Below are positions 59,906 through 64,000 of a stretch of 64,000 bases of DNA, piece after piece. Within the stretch, counting starts at the first letter, position 1; the number at the start of each line of letters is the position of its first letter. The notes below the pieces were generated by a model. That model was not told the DNA's origin. It saw only the letters and a program-made list of their open reading frames with translations, and searched no databases. This DNA is from Chloroflexia bacterium (GTDB lineage: Bacteria; Chloroflexota; Chloroflexia; Chloroheliales; Chloroheliaceae), in NCBI GenBank assembly GCA_038206175.1, contig JBBRBE010000002.1:12966-76965 (forward strand), given 5' to 3'. The translations under genes and the position numbers were made by a program.

Positions 59906-61798
59906 TTAAGTGGCTAACCGATTACAGGGCAAAGTAAAATGAAAGCTCGCTCCCTGCCCTTCCTGCGTATCTACCCACAACTTTCCGGCGTGTAAAGTGA
60001 TAATTTCACGGCAAATATAAAGGCCTAAACCAGACCCGCTAGACAGCAAAGCACCCTGTCCCCGATAAAACCGCTCGAAGATATGAGACTGGTCGAGAGC
60101 AGAAACACCCGCTCCCTCGTCTGCAACACTTACCATCACGCTTTGCAATGGTTCAGCTACGGGTGTATCTGGCAACCCTGTTTTTTGCTCAGGCTCAGGA
60201 GGAGCCGAAATTGTTACTCGGATCGTAGTATCAGCGGGCGAATACCGCACAGCATTTACCAGGAGATTATTGATTACCTGGGCCAGGCGGTTTTTATCCG
60301 CGATAAGTTCTATTTCAGTGAAGGAAGTTTCAAATTCAAAATTATGAGTGGTGGTTATTTCCTCAATGGCTTCTATTTCTTCCTGTACCAAAGACACTAA
60401 ATCAACCGCTGCAACCAAAAGCCGGAAACTGCCCCTCTCAAGCTGGTTTATTTCTACCATTTCCTCGACCAGGCGGATAGCCTGATCAGCTTTGGAAGTA
60501 ATAATTTGCATGGCTTTTTCGCTAAAGGCAGTATCTCCGCGCTTGAAGCGTCGGATGCTTAGCTGGCTATTCCCTTTAATAGCGGCAAGAGTATTTTTCA
60601 GGTCATGCGCCACAGTGTTGATCTGGTTTTCCTGCTCATCAAGCTTAATTCTTGATTTTTCGGCCAGGGCTAGTTCCTCACTTAACTCTTTTTGGTGTAG
60701 GGAGTAGCCCAGCCTGATGCTGATGAAGGAAACAAAGTTGAGATCGTCCTCGTTAAAAGCGTCAACTTTTGTACTAGCCAGAATTAAAAAGCCTAACCGC
60801 TCCTGTTCCACCTCCAGAGGCATCACCAGCACCGATTGAATCCCGGTCTTTTCTAAAAAAGGTAGCTCATCCCCTTTTGGTAAGCGGCCCGCCAGAAAAG
60901 GCTCGCCTTTCTGATAAATACTCAGCAGGAGGCCACTCGTTGCAAGGGGAATGTGATCCAGGCCTAATTGTTGATCTAAGAGACTAAGCGGGGTACTACT
61001 TTTACCGAGGACTACAAATTCATCCGTTTCCTTACTGTGCAGCATAACCTGGCAATTTTCTGCTTTCGTGGCTTCACAGATTAAACCACAAACTGTCTGA
61101 GCCAGTTCTTCTACCGAATTATCATCCAGATTTCTAGAAATGATTCTGATGAGTTCTATTAATTGGGTTCGCCGCTGTTGCACTTTGAGGAGTTGATTGT
61201 TTTCAAGAGCCAGCGATACGAGGTCGGCCAGAACTGCCAGAAAAGGAACGAGTTCTCGCAGTTCCCCCGGCGATGAAATACCTCTGGCTACCACCTGTTC
61301 AGCCGCAGGTTGGGGTTTATCAATAATCGAGAAAACTCCGACAATCTGTAAGCCAACTCTGATGGGGGCAGCCACAATTCCTACGGGGTTACTATCCTCC
61401 TCTTGATCATTACTGGCACTGGCTTTTCCATAAAAGTCTAAATCCTTGTACCGGCTATTAGATTGGGGGTCAAATACAGCAATGATCCGACCGTGCTTGA
61501 TTACCCAACTTTCGATTGTCTGGTGAGTTGGAAGAATAACCCTTTCCTGGGGAAGGCCATCACTGGCAGCTTTGAGTTCTAAATCTGCGCCTTCTCTTAG
61601 AAAAATAAAAGCGTTTGAGACTAATAACAACTCTCTGGCCCGCTGAACAATTAAATCTAATACTTTTTCCAGCTTTTTACCGCTGTTAATGGCTTCACTA
61701 AAGCTTTCAAAGACGTCACCTTGCAGGCCGCTATCGGTTAGCTGGTAATCAGGTTTATCCAAATTCTCCTCCAACGAGTTTATAGGGAGCGACTGCAC
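59906..61798 (-). CDS. cytoplasmic GAF-GAF histidine kinase
   Basis: Two GAF-like domains; AHDLKNTL, NLLVNAVRYS, DEGAG, GSGLGL; no adjacent regulator. Confidence 0.9.
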   Translation of the reverse strand: MQSLPINSLEENLDKPDYQLTDSGLQGDVFESFSEAINSGKKLEKVLDLIVQRARELLLVSNAFIFLREGADLELKAASDGLPQERVILPTHQTIESWVIKHGRIIAVFDPQSNSRYKDLDFYGKASASNDQEEDSNPVGIVAAPIRVGLQIVGVFSIIDKPQPAAEQVVARGISSPGELRELVPFLAVLADLVSLALENNQLLKVQQRRTQLIELIRIISRNLDDNSVEELAQTVCGLICEATKAENCQVMLHSKETDEFVVLGKSSTPLSLLDQQLGLDHIPLATSGLLLSIYQKGEPFLAGRLPKGDELPFLEKTGIQSVLVMPLEVEQERLGFLILASTKVDAFNEDDLNFVSFISIRLGYSLHQKELSEELALAEKSRIKLDEQENQINTVAHDLKNTLAAIKGNSQLSIRRFKRGDTAFSEKAMQIITSKADQAIRLVEEMVEINQLERGSFRLLVAAVDLVSLVQEEIEAIEEITTTHNFEFETSFTEIELIADKNRLAQVINNLLVNAVRYSPADTTIRVTISAPPEPEQKTGLPDTPVAEPLQSVMVSVADEGAGVSALDQSHIFERFYRGQGALLSSGSGLGLYICREIITLHAGKLWVDTQEGQGASFHFTLPCNRLAT

Positions 61799-61900
61799 AA
61801 GTATAGCCTGTACAGACCTGATCTACAAGCTGAATGTTTTTGACTGTAAATGTTTAAGTTGGTCAGAGTTGACATAATAAAGTTATACTGGCTAAACGGG

Positions 61901-62674
61901 TTAAGTCAGAACATCAAAGGCCACAACCTTTACAATGGTGTTTTCCATTATAAAACTCGAATTCAGGTTATCAGGGAAACGGTAACGAGCATTAAAGGTA
62001 ATATTTACAGGTCCCTGGATTTCTTTTCGCCAATCTTCAGCTTCTGCTTTTTCTGACAGCTGTTTCTTTGCTCTGGAAAAGATATATTCTACTGGCAGGC
62101 CATAGTTCGTAACTGCTAATTTAGCCACTGTGCAAGACTCACCCAGGCATTCTTTGTATACAATCTGGTTGGCTTCCACCCTAAAGGTCAGGGTGTTAAT
62201 GGTGCGAGAGTACTCTCTGGAATCTTCTTTAATCGTAATTCGATAGTTTGTGATATTTAAGCTTTTCCAGGCTTGTGCGGCCTTTTCTATTTCAGCTAAG
62301 CTCACGTCGTCTATTTTTTCTTTCTTTAATTCAAGCCCTGATGGTATCTTAAGTGGTAGGCCGCGGTATCCTTGAGATCGCGGTGCTAATGGTGGTGAAG
62401 ATGTAGGCCTCGCAAGGAGGGTACAAAAGGAACAAAATATCAGGGCAAGGAGCAGCGAAAGCTTATGAGCTTTTATCCAGTGCAGTAAACTTAAACCCCA
62501 GAACCGTTTATGATCTACGAGGCTGGCAAAGTAATCCTGCCAACTCTCTTCGATCTGCTCCGGCTCGAAGCCCTCTCCCAGCAAGTGCCGGTCAATGTCG
62601 TAGCGACTGGTGTGCCGGGCATTGGTAGCGATATACTGTTGAGTTATATATGATTGTCCAATGGGATAGAGCAT
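61901..62674 (-). CDS. hypothetical single-TM protein (C-terminal part DUF6174-like)
   Basis: 257 aa, AT-rich; TM helix near residue 75; AWKSLNITNYRITI segment. Family call tentative. Confidence 0.65.
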   Translation of the reverse strand: MLYPIGQSYITQQYIATNARHTSRYDIDRHLLGEGFEPEQIEESWQDYFASLVDHKRFWGLSLLHWIKAHKLSLLLALIFCSFCTLLARPTSSPPLAPRSQGYRGLPLKIPSGLELKKEKIDDVSLAEIEKAAQAWKSLNITNYRITIKEDSREYSRTINTLTFRVEANQIVYKECLGESCTVAKLAVTNYGLPVEYIFSRAKKQLSEKAEAEDWRKEIQGPVNITFNARYRFPDNLNSSFIMENTIVKVVAFDVLT

Positions 62675-62773
62675 TGCAGGCTAACCTCACAGTTTGGGTG
62701 ACTACGGTATTTCTATTATACCGCCTGAACTGCATTCGTAAAGGCTTTTTTGGATTGCTAGATCTCCCAAAAC

Positions 62774-62803
62774 TTGACAAGCGGGCCATGAAGTGCATAT
62801 AAT
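62774..62803 (+). promoter_or_regulatory. sigma70 promoter of the ileS T-box leader
   Basis: TTGACA(62774-79)-18 nt-TATAAT(62798-803). Confidence 0.8.
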
Positions 62804-62826
62804 ACACGCAAGTGAATAAGCGAAAG

Positions 62827-63141
62827 AAAGGCTATGACGGAAAGAGTAAACCGATCCCTGGCGCGATAGCGAGTCCGAAGTGGTGAAAGCGGATGCACTG
62901 GCCCGGTTGAAAATCATTCCTGAGCCGCCACCTGAAAAGATGCCCACGCGCCGCGAAAGTGCGCCTGAGTAGCCGAGTAAGCCTGGCCGGGTTCGCCTCC
63001 CGTTAACCGGGGCGGAGGTGTGAACACGCACCTCAGCGAGTGGTTCGCGTCTGGCTAGACCGGCGCGGGCAAGCAGGGTGGTAACGCGGGCAATTTGTCT
63101 CGTCCCTATTAACCAGGATAGGCGACGGGATTTTTGTTTTT
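62827..63141 (+). ncRNA. T-box riboswitch (Ile specifier)
   Basis: Stem I with GAGTA, GGTGAAA and GAAA-ATC-A specifier (ATC = Ile, 62913-15); T-box AGCAGGGTGGTAACGCG (~63072-88); terminator hairpin + T tract at 63101-141. Confidence 0.93.
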
Positions 63142-63221
63142 ATAGGAATTTTGCCTTTTGTAATGAACGAAATAAAACGGTAGGACAGGTTCAGAGCCAG
63201 TTGCTCGAAAAGGATAAGCCG

Positions 63222-64000
63222 ATGGCAAGCACAAAATTTAAGGATGTAGATACCAAAGTTAGCTTTCCGCAGCTTGAAGAAGGCGTGCTGGAATTTTGGA
63301 AAACCGAGAAAATCTTTGAAAAAAGCCTCGAAGGGCGCAAAGGTGGCCCACGCTTTGTTTTTTACGAAGGCCCGCCCACCGCGAACGGTCGGCCCGGCAT
63401 CCACCATGTGCTGGCCCGCGTTTTCAAAGACCTTTTCCCGCGCTACAAGACTATGCGCGGCTATTATGTGCCACGCAAAGCCGGATGGGATACCCACGGT
63501 CTGCCGGTCGAAGTCGAGGTTGAAAAGAAACTTGGCTTCAAGGGTAAAGATGACATCGAAAAATTTGGCATCGCCGAATTTAACCGGCTTTGCCGCCAAT
63601 CGGTCTGGGAGTACGTGCAGGAATGGGAGCGCATGACCGAGCGGATCGGCTACTGGGCCGACCTTAAAAACGCCTACATCACTTACGACAATAAGTATAT
63701 CGAAACCTGCTGGTACTTGCTCAAAACACTGTGGGATCAAAAGCTGTTGTTCCAGGATTACAAGGTGACGATGCATTGCCCGCGCTGCAACACCAGTCTG
63801 GCCGATGCCGAGGTCGCGCAGGGTTACGAAGATAACGTGGACGATCCTTCGGTGTATATCCGCTTGCGGCTGTTACCGGGCGAGGCCGCCCGGCTTCCCT
63901 TCGGGCCGGAGGCGGCGGGAGGGTTGCCCGTGTCGGTGATGATCTGGACGACTACGCCCTGGACGCTTCCCGCCAATACTGCCGCCGCGCTCAAGGCGGA
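63222..64000 (+). CDS. ileS: isoleucine--tRNA ligase, type 2 (3'-truncated by window edge)
   Basis: Translated by hand: [10 protein letters not shown]...[16 protein letters not shown]...[10 protein letters not shown]...[11 protein letters not shown]. Confidence 0.96.
   Translation, partial: MASTKFKDVDTKVSFPQLEEGVLEFWKTEKIFEKSLEGRKGGPRFVFYEGPPTANGRPGIHHVLARVFKDLFPRYKTMRGYYVPRKAGWDTHGLPVEVEVEKKLGFKGKDDIEKFGIAEFNRLCRQSVWEYVQEWERMTERIGYWADLKNAYITYDNKYIETCWYLLKTLWDQKLLFQDYKVTMHCPRCNTSLADAEVAQGYEDNVDDPSVYIRLRLLPGEAARLPFGPEAAGGLPVSVMIWTTTPWTLPANTAAALKA

Overview
64-kb window of a GC-rich bacterial chromosome, most likely Chloroflexota (inferred from the style of the proteins and a Chloroflexi-type N-terminal module on the 5'-nucleotidase; not confirmed by search). 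It is a dense mix of housekeeping genes (GH57 branching enzyme, methylmalonyl-CoA mutase, accD-accA, dnaX, metY, rpsR, T-box + ileS) and accessory loci. These include three histidine-kinase loci, an AT-rich XcyI-like type II restriction-modification pair, a GT2 pair, a csoR-copA-copZ copper operon and a divergent phoA / 5'-nucleotidase phosphate-scavenging locus. No rRNA, tRNA, CRISPR array or transposase was recognised. Best leads: (1) a CopA ATPase fused through an extra TM helix to an extracellular His-rich domain; (2) an REase with an in-frame TAA 36 codons before its apparent natural end, in a window where I saw no CCCGGG; (3) a phoA + CxxC-lipoprotein + FtsX-type permease cluster with no ATPase; (4) an adjacent gene pair sharing an unannotated helical domain; (5) unusual two-component architectures (kinase with a C-terminal PAS module plus a DUF2378-like gene; twin atypical receivers); (6) a ~300-bp nested inverted-repeat element and a ~105-bp dispersed repeat. 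All family calls are by motif recognition; no database searches were run.
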